From a virus: a DNA stretch of 64,000 nucleotides. The stretch covers positions 1 through 64,000 of IMG/VR virus record IMGVR_UViG_3300007169_000025, one strand, 5' to 3'. Of the stretch, positions 47,609-58,148 are shown piece after piece. Numbering within the stretch: the stretch's first letter is position 1; each line of letters begins with the position of its first letter. Both the position numbers and the translations under genes were made by a program. The notes below the pieces were generated by a model. It searched no databases. It was not told where the DNA came from and saw nothing but the letters and a program-made list of their open reading frames with translations.

Positions 47609-48999
47609 GAAAGATTTTAGCAGCACTATTGTTTTTCATAAGTGTGCCAGTAGCAGCACAAGAAGCTAACTTTGGTTTTGAAAATGGCAACTACACTAAC
47701 TGGACTGTTAGTAATGGCAGCACCACAGTAAAGACTGGTGGTTGGAGCAGTAACGGCTCAGGCGCACAAGTAACAACAGGTATGAGTAACTACTGCCCGG
47801 GCGGCGGCAAATGTTGGACAGTTACCCCTTATGGCACATACATGATGTCTATCCAAGCTGGTGGTGGTTCTCCAACGTTTGATAGCTCAATGTCAACTCT
47901 TGGATTTACCAGTGCCGAAACAACATCAATTAAAAATACCATTTACCAGAATGGTAACATGTACCCAACAAACGCTTCTTATGCTAGACGCAGTGTAGTA
48001 CTAGAAGCTGGCAAAACATATACCTATGCGTGGAACTACGTGAGTACAGACTATACTCCGTACAATGATGGGTCGATGGTGGTAGTTACTGGTCCTGCTG
48101 GTCCTGTTACAGTTAATGGTCAACAAAAATACGCACTACTAGGTTTTACTAATCCAGGAACCGGTAACTATTCAACTGGCAGCTATGGCTCAACAGGTTG
48201 GCAACAGATTGTTATTACAGTAAGTGTAACAGGCACTTACGACTTAGCATTTATATCTTTTAACTTAGGTGATACAGCACTAAGTCCAATTCTATTCATT
48301 GACGAAATTATAGGTGCTACCTTACTAAATGGCCAAACCTTTACATCAGTTCAACCAAACTCGGGAAGTACTGCCCCTCCACCACCTAGTGAACCAACCG
48401 TGCCAGAATATTGCTGCGGCGGCAGTGGTAGTTCGTTTAATGCCAGTACTGTTAATACAAATAAAGTTAACACATTCTCAAGTAGAACAGTAAAAGATTC
48501 TAAAGTTATTATTGAACAGATTGGTTCTAGTAATAGTATTACTATAACACAAAGTGGTACAAGAGAAAACTATTTCAAGTATTACAGCAGCGGCAATAAC
48601 AATACTACAACTGCTACACAAAGTGGCACAAATAATTCTGTAACTAATTACATGGACTTAACAGTTAACGGTAGCAGTAATAGTTTAACACTAAGTCAAA
48701 CTGGCACAGGCGGCGCAAAAGGAATCTTTGCTAGTGTGTCAAATAATAATAATACGCTAAATATCCTGCAAAAAGATGGTGGTAATCATTATCTGGATCT
48801 AGCATTAACCGGTGGTAGCAAATCTGTTACTGTCGTTCAAGAAGGAAGTGCAGGCCATATGGCTAAGATTGACTTGTCAGGCAACCCAACAAGTCTTAGC
48901 CTAACACAAGTTGGCGCTACACAAAACTTCTATTCAATAACTCACAGTTGTGCTACAGCAGGCGGCTGCGGCACAATTACAGTAACACAAGGACAATAA
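47605..48999 (+). CDS. Secreted protein: N-terminal beta-sandwich domain + Pro linker + curlin-like repeats
   Basis: Signal peptide; NFGFENGNYTNWT; PPPPSEP linker; IEQIGSSNSITITQSG-type repeats. Confidence 0.7.
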   Translation: MRKILAALLFFISVPVAAQEANFGFENGNYTNWTVSNGSTTVKTGGWSSNGSGAQVTTGMSNYCPGGGKCWTVTPYGTYMMSIQAGGGSPTFDSSMSTLGFTSAETTSIKNTIYQNGNMYPTNASYARRSVVLEAGKTYTYAWNYVSTDYTPYNDGSMVVVTGPAGPVTVNGQQKYALLGFTNPGTGNYSTGSYGSTGWQQIVITVSVTGTYDLAFISFNLGDTALSPILFIDEIIGATLLNGQTFTSVQPNSGSTAPPPPSEPTVPEYCCGGSGSSFNASTVNTNKVNTFSSRTVKDSKVIIEQIGSSNSITITQSGTRENYFKYYSSGNNNTTTATQSGTNNSVTNYMDLTVNGSSNSLTLSQTGTGGAKGIFASVSNNNNTLNILQKDGGNHYLDLALTGGSKSVTVVQEGSAGHMAKIDLSGNPTSLSLTQVGATQNFYSITHSCATAGGCGTITVTQGQ

Positions 49000-49000
49000 C

Positions 49001-51034
49001 ATGTTGAAGAAAATTTTACTAAGTCCATGGACTGCACTACTCACACTATTTTTAATTGTTGGACTAAGAGCAGTAGATCCTAGTTTTGTTGAAAGTGTAC
49101 GTCTTAGATATTTTGACACACTTATTACCAGCAAAGCGCCTACTCCTAATAACATCTATACAGTTAACATAGATGAAGCTGCACTAGACAAGTATGGTCA
49201 GTGGCCCTTTCCACGTGATCAGTATGCAGGCATTGTAAAAGACCTTTATGATAGGGGTGCAGGCTTAGTAGTATTCAATGTGTTAATGGCAGAGCCCGAT
49301 CGCTTCAAAGGCGACAAGGCCATGGAAGCAGCAATGCTACAGTATCCAGTTATACTACCAAATGTGCCATCGGACAAGTCAAAAAATAATCCTCGCGAAA
49401 CTGGTGCCGCAATTATGGGACCAGAGTATTTAGACACTGTGATTCAATATCCAGGTATCATTGCTAACTTGCCCAACTATGAAGGACTAGCAATTGGCAC
49501 AGGCACAGTTAATACACTACCAGAGATTGATGGCGTTAATCGCCGCGTACCATTAGTAGCCAGTGTAGACGGAACATTATATCCTGCACTAAGTTTAGAA
49601 GTACTTCGTGTTGTTGCAGGCGATCCTAGTTTTCAAATTAAGTTAAATGAACTAGGCGTAGAAAAAATGCGTATCCCTCAGTTTGGCCCAGTTACCACAG
49701 ACAGTTTAGGCCGTGTGTGGATTGATTGGAGCCAAAAGTCAAAGAGTGTAAGTTTAGCAGAACTTCCAAAAAGTTTTAACGGTGCTGTGGTATTTGTAAG
49801 TCCAACCGCAGCAGGTATTAGTAATCCGGTTCCTACAGCACTAGGACCAGTACACCCACATGAACTACAAGCAGCAGTAGTAGGCACTATGTTCAATGGT
49901 GTAAACATTCAGCGTGCTGATTGGTCTGATCTTGCAGAAGTAGGAGCATTGCTAGTGTTAGGCCTAATTATTATTTTACTATCAAGGTGGATATATGTTG
50001 GTCTTTTCACAACTGTTGTTGGGATCGCTGCCAGTGTTGGTGGCTCTTATTGGTTGTTTATTAACTACAACATGCTCACAGACGCAACGGCAACTGCTAT
50101 TGGTCTTGTTCTTGTTGCCTTGCACGTTTATGGCGTTAAGTTTGTAAGTGAGTTCTTACAGAAGCAACAGATTAAGAAACAGTTTGGCACATACCTAAGC
50201 CCAGACCTAGTAGCACAGCTACAGCGTCAGCCAGAGTTACTAAAGCTAGGTGGCACTGAGCAAGAACTAAGTATCATGTTCACAGACGTCCGTGGTTTCA
50301 CTACAATCTCAGAACACTATGGCAAAGATGTTCAGGGCTTGACAAGCATCATGAACCGTTATATGACTGCTATGACTAAAGCTATCCTAGAGAACAAGGG
50401 TACGCTAGACAAATATATCGGTGACGCACAGATGGCTTTCTGGAACGCACCAGTGAACAACTCACAACATGCTAAGGATGCTGTTCGTACAGCATTCCAA
50501 ATGTTAAAATCTCTAAAGGAATTTAATGATGAAATTAAAGCAGAAGGCGTACCAGCTTTTGGAATGGGCCTCGGTATTAATACTGATACTGTGGTTGTTG
50601 GTAATATGGGTAGCGATCAGCGTTTTGACTATACCTGTTTGGGCGACGGCGTTAACCTTGCTAGCCGCCTCGAAGGTCAAAGCAAACCTTACGGAGTTAA
50701 AATTATTATCGGACCCAAGACTGCTGACGCGGTTTTGGATACATACCAAGTAGTTGAGCTTGATTTAATTGCTGTTAAGGGTAAAACTGAACCAGCAAAG
50801 ATTTTTACAGTATTAGAAGAATTTAATAAACAAGACGAAAAAACACATAATCAATTCTTGCAAGAATACCGCGCAGGTAATTGGAATACAGCACAGAAAA
50901 TAGCTACAGACATGAGACACAGTTGGAAGGGCGAATTAGCACATTATTATGATGCTATGATTGATCGTATTTTAGAATACAAGAAAAGTCCTCCCAAGAA
51001 CTGGGACGGCATTTACAGAGCCACATCAAAATGA
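49001..51034 (+). CDS. CHASE2-domain class III adenylate cyclase
   Basis: IDEAALDKYGQWPFPR (CHASE2) and TM helices; catalytic FTDVRGFT, DKYIGDA and DYTCLGDGVNLASRLE with the ATP-specifying K and D. Confidence 0.92.
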   Translation: MLKKILLSPWTALLTLFLIVGLRAVDPSFVESVRLRYFDTLITSKAPTPNNIYTVNIDEAALDKYGQWPFPRDQYAGIVKDLYDRGAGLVVFNVLMAEPDRFKGDKAMEAAMLQYPVILPNVPSDKSKNNPRETGAAIMGPEYLDTVIQYPGIIANLPNYEGLAIGTGTVNTLPEIDGVNRRVPLVASVDGTLYPALSLEVLRVVAGDPSFQIKLNELGVEKMRIPQFGPVTTDSLGRVWIDWSQKSKSVSLAELPKSFNGAVVFVSPTAAGISNPVPTALGPVHPHELQAAVVGTMFNGVNIQRADWSDLAEVGALLVLGLIIILLSRWIYVGLFTTVVGIAASVGGSYWLFINYNMLTDATATAIGLVLVALHVYGVKFVSEFLQKQQIKKQFGTYLSPDLVAQLQRQPELLKLGGTEQELSIMFTDVRGFTTISEHYGKDVQGLTSIMNRYMTAMTKAILENKGTLDKYIGDAQMAFWNAPVNNSQHAKDAVRTAFQMLKSLKEFNDEIKAEGVPAFGMGLGINTDTVVVGNMGSDQRFDYTCLGDGVNLASRLEGQSKPYGVKIIIGPKTADAVLDTYQVVELDLIAVKGKTEPAKIFTVLEEFNKQDEKTHNQFLQEYRAGNWNTAQKIATDMRHSWKGELAHYYDAMIDRILEYKKSPPKNWDGIYRATSK

Positions 51035-51219
51035 TCACACTGGAAACTAACAGTAGCGGAACTAGATTTGCTGTAGTAGCAAACGATAGATTATTGGTTT
51101 CAACAACTAATTATCTACATGCTTTAGAAGTTTACGAGCGGGCAAAAAACAATGATTTGTCTTTTGCAGAAACATTATTTGTTCCGTTTAATCCTCAGGA
51201 CGCCAAGATCTTAGTGTAA
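51031..51219 (+). CDS. Small hypothetical protein
   Basis: ATGA overlap with the cyclase stop codon. Confidence 0.5.
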   Translation: MITLETNSSGTRFAVVANDRLLVSTTNYLHALEVYERAKNNDLSFAETLFVPFNPQDAKILV

Positions 51220-51814
51220 TAAAAGTATTTTTGTAGTGTCGAAAATCTTTTATTAATTGTCTTGCATGAAATAGTTCAAGCGGTATGCTATCGGTGTAAT
51301 TTATCATAGGTAGATAATATCTGCTGACTATTTTTTCTAATCTTTTAATATCTATGCTTAATGCATCAACGATTTTATTGTTGTACTCTAGATCTTGAAG
51401 TAACGATAATAACCATACATGATATTCACTTTCAATATTATATGTTCGTGTTAATTCTCTAACTTCATAAAAAAGTGCTTTAACTGGATTTATACTAGGT
51501 CTGTATTTTGTTAGTACTGAAGGAAATTTAAAATCGCTAGATTCAGTCTCTAGCTGATTCATTGTGCTAACATAATCTTTTCTCAGCGCAATTTTTAAAC
51601 TATCTAAATTATTTTGTATTTTTCTTTCGTAGTCTTTAATAAGTGCGTTGGCAATTTTCTGATATCTAGGATTTAGTTTTTCGTAGTATTCTTGTTTAAT
51701 ATCATCGATAGAATATGCCCCTTCGAGCAAGTCAAACGGCAGCGTTTTTGTTTTATGATATTTTTCTAGTTCTTGCTGAATTCGCAGCAGAACAAAATCA
51801 ACGATGTCATCCAT
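51188..51814 (-). CDS. Hypothetical protein
   Basis: 208 aa ORF with a leaderless late promoter at 51820-51825. Confidence 0.7.
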   Translation of the reverse strand: MDDIVDFVLLRIQQELEKYHKTKTLPFDLLEGAYSIDDIKQEYYEKLNPRYQKIANALIKDYERKIQNNLDSLKIALRKDYVSTMNQLETESSDFKFPSVLTKYRPSINPVKALFYEVRELTRTYNIESEYHVWLLSLLQDLEYNNKIVDALSIDIKRLEKIVSRYYLPMINYTDSIPLELFHARQLIKDFRHYKNTFITLRSWRPED

Positions 51815-51822
51815 TACAATAT

Positions 51823-52248
51823 TTATTCTGTATGGATTTTTAGGATAGTTTGTAGTTTATCTGTTCCGCCGTTTTTGTTCAGTGTAAGCCTAGCACCGTT
51901 GTGCAACGGCTGCGGCCAAACACCAATATCAACCCATGCATAGCCTGCACTTTCTCCGTTTAGTTGTGGAATAAATTCTTTATCTATTACAGCAACAAAA
52001 CTGTAATAATAAAATTTTTTATCCTTGCTTTGATAAACGTCAATAGGGTTGAGCTTTGTTAATTCTGGCACAAAGCCAATTTCTTCAGTGAGTTCTCGCT
52101 GAATACACTCGTAGGGAGTTTCGCCCTTCTCAATTATACCACCCCAAAAGCCCCAAGTATTCTTAAAGCGTTTGTCTGAGTTGCGTAATTGGAGTAAGCA
52201 ACGTCCTGTATCTTTAGCTAAAAAAACTACGCCAGCAGCAACAGTCAT
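51823..52248 (-). CDS. NUDIX hydrolase
   Basis: Nudix box GGIIEKGETPYECIQRELTEEIG. Confidence 0.9.
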   Translation of the reverse strand: MTVAAGVVFLAKDTGRCLLQLRNSDKRFKNTWGFWGGIIEKGETPYECIQRELTEEIGFVPELTKLNPIDVYQSKDKKFYYYSFVAVIDKEFIPQLNGESAGYAWVDIGVWPQPLHNGARLTLNKNGGTDKLQTILKIHTE

Positions 52249-53597
52249 TACAGTACAAGTCTCCAGTATCCAGGATTGTATTCACCTTCGTAACTACTTA
52301 TCCATGAACTACCGGTCCACTTGTATTGTTTTGATGTATAATCGTTGGTTATGTAATGCACAGTAGTAACATTTGCTGAATTAAATGCAACTTGCCACGC
52401 TGAGCCATTATATTGAATAATGTCGTTTTCTTTTGCAGCTATGCCCCAAGCAGGATATCCTGTAGGGTGAAGTTCTTCTGTTATTAGATATCGTTGTCCT
52501 AGCACGGCAGCAGGTAATCCTGCACCTGGAGACGCTGTTCTAGGGTCAATGATACGGTCTACATCAGTAAGTGTGTCGCTGGGTAATGTATCAGGGTCTA
52601 AATTAAAAATAAGTGCAGTTTCGTCTGTTGGGTTAGCAGTAACTGATCCAATAACAAAATTATCCTCGCTATCAGTATCGTTGCTGATATTTAATTTTAG
52701 CAAACTAGTTGCTGACAAAATACCTTGCATTTCAATTAAATCTGCCCATGGTTTTCTTATACCGGCCAAATCAACTAAAAATACACTTGAACCTGAAACT
52801 TGAACTCTATAATTGTTTGGCGTAATAACAACTTCAGCAGTATCAGGAATTGAACCAAAGAAGTCATTGTATTGAGAATCAAAACCGAGCTCGCCAATAC
52901 TACCAGTAGTACTATGCACATCTGCAATAATTTGTTGAATAATAGTTTGACGCTTAACTTTAGCTGGCGGACTAATCCAAATAGGTACACTAAATGTTAA
53001 TGTTGAAATGTCTAGAGATTCGTCAACGCCCGCTGGAATACTACGACTGCTCCAATTAATGTCAGTCATTTCTACTTCAAACACACTGGTCCAGTCTAGT
53101 GGATTATCATTGCTTTGTAATTGAATACTTGGATTAAAAATTACAAATAACTGCTCTAGTAACTGCAATTTAGTATCAGTATTAGTAGTCCATATGTCAA
53201 CTTGAATGGTCATGTTATATGGAACAGGCATATATCGTTGTGTAGTATACAAGTTTCCTTGATCACTACCATAGGTGCCCATGTCATTATTGTATGCCCT
53301 TTCAGCAACCTGTCTTGTATCAACTAAGAATGGTTCAGCAGTTCTATCTCGGGCAGGCTGTATACTCTGAATACTAATAGTGATCATTGGTGCGTTATTC
53401 ATCGCATTTTCACTATTGTTTCTTAAAATACTAGCAACCATACGACTCATGTCACCGTAACGAGCAGGTACACGATTATACTTAATACCGTTACGAGTAT
53501 TTTCTTTTACTTTAAAATGAGAAAAGATACGGATAATCTGAATCAGATATCGCTTTATTTGTTCATCATACCAATAATCTAAGTTTTTGCCTGCCAT
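52248..53597 (-). CDS. gp15: Tail sheath stabiliser/terminator gp15-like
   Basis: YWYDEQIKRY, MPVPYNMTIQVDIWT and QLLEQL..IFNP motifs. Confidence 0.8.
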   Translation of the reverse strand: MAGKNLDYWYDEQIKRYLIQIIRIFSHFKVKENTRNGIKYNRVPARYGDMSRMVASILRNNSENAMNNAPMITISIQSIQPARDRTAEPFLVDTRQVAERAYNNDMGTYGSDQGNLYTTQRYMPVPYNMTIQVDIWTTNTDTKLQLLEQLFVIFNPSIQLQSNDNPLDWTSVFEVEMTDINWSSRSIPAGVDESLDISTLTFSVPIWISPPAKVKRQTIIQQIIADVHSTTGSIGELGFDSQYNDFFGSIPDTAEVVITPNNYRVQVSGSSVFLVDLAGIRKPWADLIEMQGILSATSLLKLNISNDTDSEDNFVIGSVTANPTDETALIFNLDPDTLPSDTLTDVDRIIDPRTASPGAGLPAAVLGQRYLITEELHPTGYPAWGIAAKENDIIQYNGSAWQVAFNSANVTTVHYITNDYTSKQYKWTGSSWISSYEGEYNPGYWRLVL

Positions 53598-53605
53598 ATG
53601 TGTCC

Positions 53606-54682
53606 TTAGTTATCTGTCTTTGGTTTAATGACTTTACTGAGATTAGTTTTTTCAGGCTCACTTAAACCGTTTGAATCAATTCTATAATTGTCGTTGTTAA
53701 TGAATGTGCTGAGCACACGATTAGCCGCAGCCCACTCTCTACGATTATCGTCACCGACGCGAATCCATCTATTTCCCGATTTCTGGAATAGTCTATTTGG
53801 ACTAAAATCTGTACGCAGGAAATAATCGCCATCGCTAATACCAATTATTGGGAAACTTTCACCGCTACCAGCAATAGGTACTCCGTTTACAGGAACGCCA
53901 GTGTCACCCGCAAAGTCAAAGCCTATAGTTGGCTTATCTGGTACTTCGGGGTCAAAATATAAATGTCCAGTTCTTCTCCATTGTGGGTCATATGGAACAT
54001 CTCGTTCAGCTTGTGCAAGTATAGCGTCGTTGATAGCAATTTCGCTTTCGTATTTGCTAACAAGATTACGCAAGTCCTCTTCGTTTTCACCAGTACCAAG
54101 TATATCTCTGTATTCTTGGCTGTCGCTGATTGGACCGCACTTGACACGCCATAAATGTGGCCACCAGCGCGGATCAAAGCCTTCGCTGGGTCTAGCACCA
54201 TCTTGAACTACATAAAATCTATTAATAGCACCTTCTGCACCTAATAGAAGATCATCTCGCAAGTGAGGTAATTCAATAACATCACCGGGCATCAGTTTAC
54301 GACCCAATGACTCTACCATACTTTCAATATGGAACGTTAGAAAAACAGTATCGTTGGCTAAAAATAAGCCAAACTGTGTTAAATCATAACTATCGTTATC
54401 TTGTATATTGTATTGCCCGCGCAGCTCGTAAATGTTTGTATCATATTTGCGATCTCTGTTTTCTAAGAACAGCAAATCTTGAATGAAAACCTGATCATTA
54501 ACGGTGTTGCCCGCAGGTGGTCTAGTAGGATCAGCGGAATTAGCATTTACAGTATCATGTATACCTAAATATTTGTGAACATGTACACCTGTACCACCAG
54601 CATATAGGTGTTCACCTACAATTCTGTCGATGAATTTGTAGTCGTTGGTCTTAATAGGATTCCACAGGCTTATTTTGGGCAT
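53606..54682 (-). CDS. gp14: Neck protein gp14-like
   Basis: DLLFLENRDRKY, LTQFGLFL and GDVIELPHL motifs; next to gp15. Confidence 0.7.
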   Translation of the reverse strand: MPKISLWNPIKTNDYKFIDRIVGEHLYAGGTGVHVHKYLGIHDTVNANSADPTRPPAGNTVNDQVFIQDLLFLENRDRKYDTNIYELRGQYNIQDNDSYDLTQFGLFLANDTVFLTFHIESMVESLGRKLMPGDVIELPHLRDDLLLGAEGAINRFYVVQDGARPSEGFDPRWWPHLWRVKCGPISDSQEYRDILGTGENEEDLRNLVSKYESEIAINDAILAQAERDVPYDPQWRRTGHLYFDPEVPDKPTIGFDFAGDTGVPVNGVPIAGSGESFPIIGISDGDYFLRTDFSPNRLFQKSGNRWIRVGDDNRREWAAANRVLSTFINNDNYRIDSNGLSEPEKTNLSKVIKPKTDN

Positions 54683-54757
54683 AATACTATTTATCAGAAC
54701 TTCTAGAACATCATTCTACCAAACGATAAGTATTAGATAATCAGTCTAAAAGGCCCT

Positions 54758-55630
54758 ATGCATAGTTTAATTAAGGGCGCCCGCCCTATAAAAAGCAGCC
54801 AAATAAGAGATCACTATAATCGCTTTGAGTATAGTGATGTGTCCCTTGCTGACTATACCGAGATATGGCGAGAATGGCTAACTTACACTGATTTAAAAAC
54901 CTTAGATGGTTTAGAGCATTTTAAATACGCAGATTATACGCAAGGCACTAGTCAAACGTTTGACAATTTTGTACTAAAACACGGAAAAGAAAAAACAATT
55001 TTTGCCATGCGTGGCGACTTTCAGTATCACGCATGTATATCTAAGTTTTCTGATTTTGACTATATTGATGGCGACTTTAAAACATCTAAGTTTTTTGGCT
55101 TAGGTTTAGCGGCTGTTATAGTTAGCGCACCGTTCAGCGATTATGGTTGTATGCATCCAGAATTTGAAAAACTTATGGAAATGTGCGATTTTTATAAAGC
55201 GCCAGTTTGCTTAGATCTAGCGTATTGGGGCATATCAAAAAACATTCATATTGACTTAAACAAATATCCTATGATAACAGAAGTTACATGTAGTTTAAGC
55301 AAGCCATTTTATTCATTAGAAAATCACCGTGTGGGTGTTAGATTTACTCGAGAATATACTGATGATGGTATTAGTATGATCAATGAAGTAAACATGCAAA
55401 ACAACTACAGTATGAGTTTAGGTGCGTATTTTATGAAAAATTTTAGTCCAGATTGGAACTGGGATACATTCGGACAACAGTATGAAGATGTATGTAATGA
55501 TCAAGGATTAGTTTATACTGATACAGTAATTTTTGGTCTAGGTGACGAAGCACGTCATAAAAGTTTTAATCGAGGCGTTTTTAATAATTATCGGGTCTGT
55601 GTCAGCGAATTTTTAGGAGATATAAATTGA
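54758..55630 (+). CDS. PLP-dependent (fold type I) enzyme-like protein
   Basis: LDLAY and SLSKPF...HRVG motifs; GATAAGTA late-like motif at 54725-54732. Confidence 0.55.
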   Translation: MHSLIKGARPIKSSQIRDHYNRFEYSDVSLADYTEIWREWLTYTDLKTLDGLEHFKYADYTQGTSQTFDNFVLKHGKEKTIFAMRGDFQYHACISKFSDFDYIDGDFKTSKFFGLGLAAVIVSAPFSDYGCMHPEFEKLMEMCDFYKAPVCLDLAYWGISKNIHIDLNKYPMITEVTCSLSKPFYSLENHRVGVRFTREYTDDGISMINEVNMQNNYSMSLGAYFMKNFSPDWNWDTFGQQYEDVCNDQGLVYTDTVIFGLGDEARHKSFNRGVFNNYRVCVSEFLGDIN

Positions 55631-56685
55631 TTGTAAATTCACATAATGATTGGGATCCACTTGAGGAAATTATTGTTGGTCATGCACACCATAGTCGTAT
55701 CGCAACAGATATAAGTGCCCGAAGTTTTAGCTATGCTAATCATCCTGCAGAAAAAGTTATTCCGTTAGAAGGAACATATCCACAATGGGTAATTGATGAA
55801 GCAAACGAAGATGCAGATGGTTTAGCTGACACACTTACTAAGATGGGCGTAAAAGTTCATCGTCCTAAGATTATTGATTGGGATAATATTAATTACGACA
55901 TTGGGCAAGGATGGAATACCAAAGGTTGGTATAGCTGGTGTCCTCGCGACTTAATTCTTCCATTAGGCGATATGCTTATTGAAACACCCACACCAGTTCG
56001 CGCAAGATATTTTGAAACAAGATTATACGAAGACATTCTCTATCAAGCCTTTGAAGATGGTGCGTTATGGGTACAAGTACCAAAACCAAAACTACATGAT
56101 AATATGTATCAGTTTGAAGATCTGAGTAAAGCTACGTTGATGGATCACGAGATCTGCTTCGATGCTCCTAATATTGTTCGTGTAGGCCGCGACTTACTGT
56201 ATCAGGTCAGTAACAGCGGCAACATGAAGGGATTTAAGTGGCTCAAGCGTTTCTTAGAACCATTGGGTTATAGATTACATTACAGTGAGCTTTACAGCTT
56301 TGCACACTTTGACAGTACTATTGTACCATTGCGTCCTGGTTTAGTGTTGTTGAACAGTACACGAGTTACACCAGACAACTGTCCAGAGATCTTTAAGAAG
56401 TGGGATAAAATTTGGTTTGATGATTGTGTTGTGCAGGGAAGCAAACTAGCTGAGCAGGGTTACATTGCTCCTTGCAGTCCATACATTGGTATGAATATTC
56501 TCAGCGTTAACGAGAACACAATTATCTGCGATAGCGCACAAGAACCTCTTATGCGTGAACTAGACAAGCACGGCATTGATAGTGTGCCAGTTCGTTTCCG
56601 TCATAGTATGACACTAAGCGGCGGCATCCACTGTGCCACACTTGACCTACGCCGTAAGGGTACATTAGAGGATTATTGCAACTAA
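55627..56685 (+). CDS. Amidinotransferase (glycine/inosamine-phosphate amidinotransferase family)
   Basis: NSHNDWDPLEEIIVG, CPRD, HFDST and GGIHCATLDLRR motifs; TTG start with SD AGGAG. Confidence 0.9.
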   Translation: MIVNSHNDWDPLEEIIVGHAHHSRIATDISARSFSYANHPAEKVIPLEGTYPQWVIDEANEDADGLADTLTKMGVKVHRPKIIDWDNINYDIGQGWNTKGWYSWCPRDLILPLGDMLIETPTPVRARYFETRLYEDILYQAFEDGALWVQVPKPKLHDNMYQFEDLSKATLMDHEICFDAPNIVRVGRDLLYQVSNSGNMKGFKWLKRFLEPLGYRLHYSELYSFAHFDSTIVPLRPGLVLLNSTRVTPDNCPEIFKKWDKIWFDDCVVQGSKLAEQGYIAPCSPYIGMNILSVNENTIICDSAQEPLMRELDKHGIDSVPVRFRHSMTLSGGIHCATLDLRRKGTLEDYCN

Positions 56686-57230
56686 TGAATAACTTAGGTT
56701 TTATAAACATAGATTTCGTTACGAATGAGATGCTTTATACCTTGAAGTTTACTGAGCATAATCATGTAAATTATTCAGGCGGATACTGGGACGAAATAGG
56801 CACTCCAGTGCCGGATTATCCATTTGATGGCCCATGGGTTTATCAGATGTTTAATAATGATTGTCCAAACTGGGCGCACGATATTAAAAATATGTTTAGT
56901 GATAAACTTATATACTCGATGGTTGCAATTAACTTGTTAAAGCCCGGTCGATTCATTCCTCCGCACCGAGACAAGTTTGTTAGATTATTAGCAGATGCAA
57001 AAAAGAATGATTTGAATACAGAGAACCTTGTTCCAGTAAGAATAAATATTTTTTTACAGAATCACATACCGGGACACTTTTTTGAAATGAATAATTCTGT
57101 TTTTACAAATTATCAAAAAGGAAACTATAGTATCATACATAAAAATGTAATTCATTCTGTTGCTAACATAAGTCAATATAATAGATATACAATGCAAATA
57201 ACAGGCTTTGCGAGGGAAGATTTAATATGA
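56685..57230 (+). CDS. 2OG-Fe(II)/cupin-type oxygenase
   Basis: PPHRD...HSVAN...RYTMQITG; ATG overlaps the previous stop. Confidence 0.7.
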   Translation: MNNLGFINIDFVTNEMLYTLKFTEHNHVNYSGGYWDEIGTPVPDYPFDGPWVYQMFNNDCPNWAHDIKNMFSDKLIYSMVAINLLKPGRFIPPHRDKFVRLLADAKKNDLNTENLVPVRINIFLQNHIPGHFFEMNNSVFTNYQKGNYSIIHKNVIHSVANISQYNRYTMQITGFAREDLI

Positions 57231-58147
57231 AAATTTTTATGACAGGCAGTTCAGGATTTATAGGTCAGCACCTTTCTGAAAGATTATCAGGACACGAATT
57301 ACACTTTTTAGCTTGCGACCTTCGAGACCATCTTTCGGTTGTGTCTCAGGTTAAGTCAGTACAACCTGATATTATTATCCATCTTGCTGCCCGTACAGAA
57401 GTAGAGCAGAGTTTTTACGAGCAGAATGTATTCAGCGATGTTAACTATGTTGGTACTGTTAATTTAATTGAAGCAGCAAAGCATGTACCTAATTTAAAAA
57501 ACTTTATTTTTGCTAGCACCATGGAAGTATATGGATGGCAACCAATCAGTGATTTAATTCGCGACGGCAAGGAAGATCCAAGCAACATACCTGCATTTGA
57601 TGAAACTACATTACCAAACCCGAATGCACCATATGCAGTAGCAAAGTATGCCTGTGAAAAGTATCTAGAGTATGCACATCGCAGTTATGGTTTACCGTTT
57701 ACTGCTATTCGTCAAACAAACAGTTACGGTCGCAAAGACAACAATTTCTTTGTAACAGAACAAATCATTTATCAAATGTTAACTAATTCACATGAGGTAA
57801 ATTTAGGTTATGCAGAACCTTACAGAAATTTTATTTTCATCGATGATTTATTAGATGCTTGGGTAGCAATAGTTGAAAATCCTGAAAAGTGTAATAACAG
57901 TATTTTTTGTTTAGGCCCAAATGCACCTATTAAGATTAGACACTTTGCTGAAAAGATTGCAGATAAGCTCAATTGGTCCGGTCGTATTAACTGGGACACA
58001 AAACCAAAACGACCTGGGGAAATTTATCTGTTAAATAGTACTAACAAAAAAATTACTAACGCACTAGGTTGGGAACCAAAAATAGATTTAGATACTGGGT
58101 TGGATTTGACAATCGACATTTGGAAGAAAAATTTAGGGAGAAAATAA
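57227..58147 (+). CDS. NAD-dependent nucleotide-sugar epimerase/dehydratase
   Basis: TGSSGFIG, HLAA and YAVAK motifs. Confidence 0.9.
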   Translation: MKIFMTGSSGFIGQHLSERLSGHELHFLACDLRDHLSVVSQVKSVQPDIIIHLAARTEVEQSFYEQNVFSDVNYVGTVNLIEAAKHVPNLKNFIFASTMEVYGWQPISDLIRDGKEDPSNIPAFDETTLPNPNAPYAVAKYACEKYLEYAHRSYGLPFTAIRQTNSYGRKDNNFFVTEQIIYQMLTNSHEVNLGYAEPYRNFIFIDDLLDAWVAIVENPEKCNNSIFCLGPNAPIKIRHFAEKIADKLNWSGRINWDTKPKRPGEIYLLNSTNKKITNALGWEPKIDLDTGLDLTIDIWKKNLGRK

Positions 58148-58148
58148 G

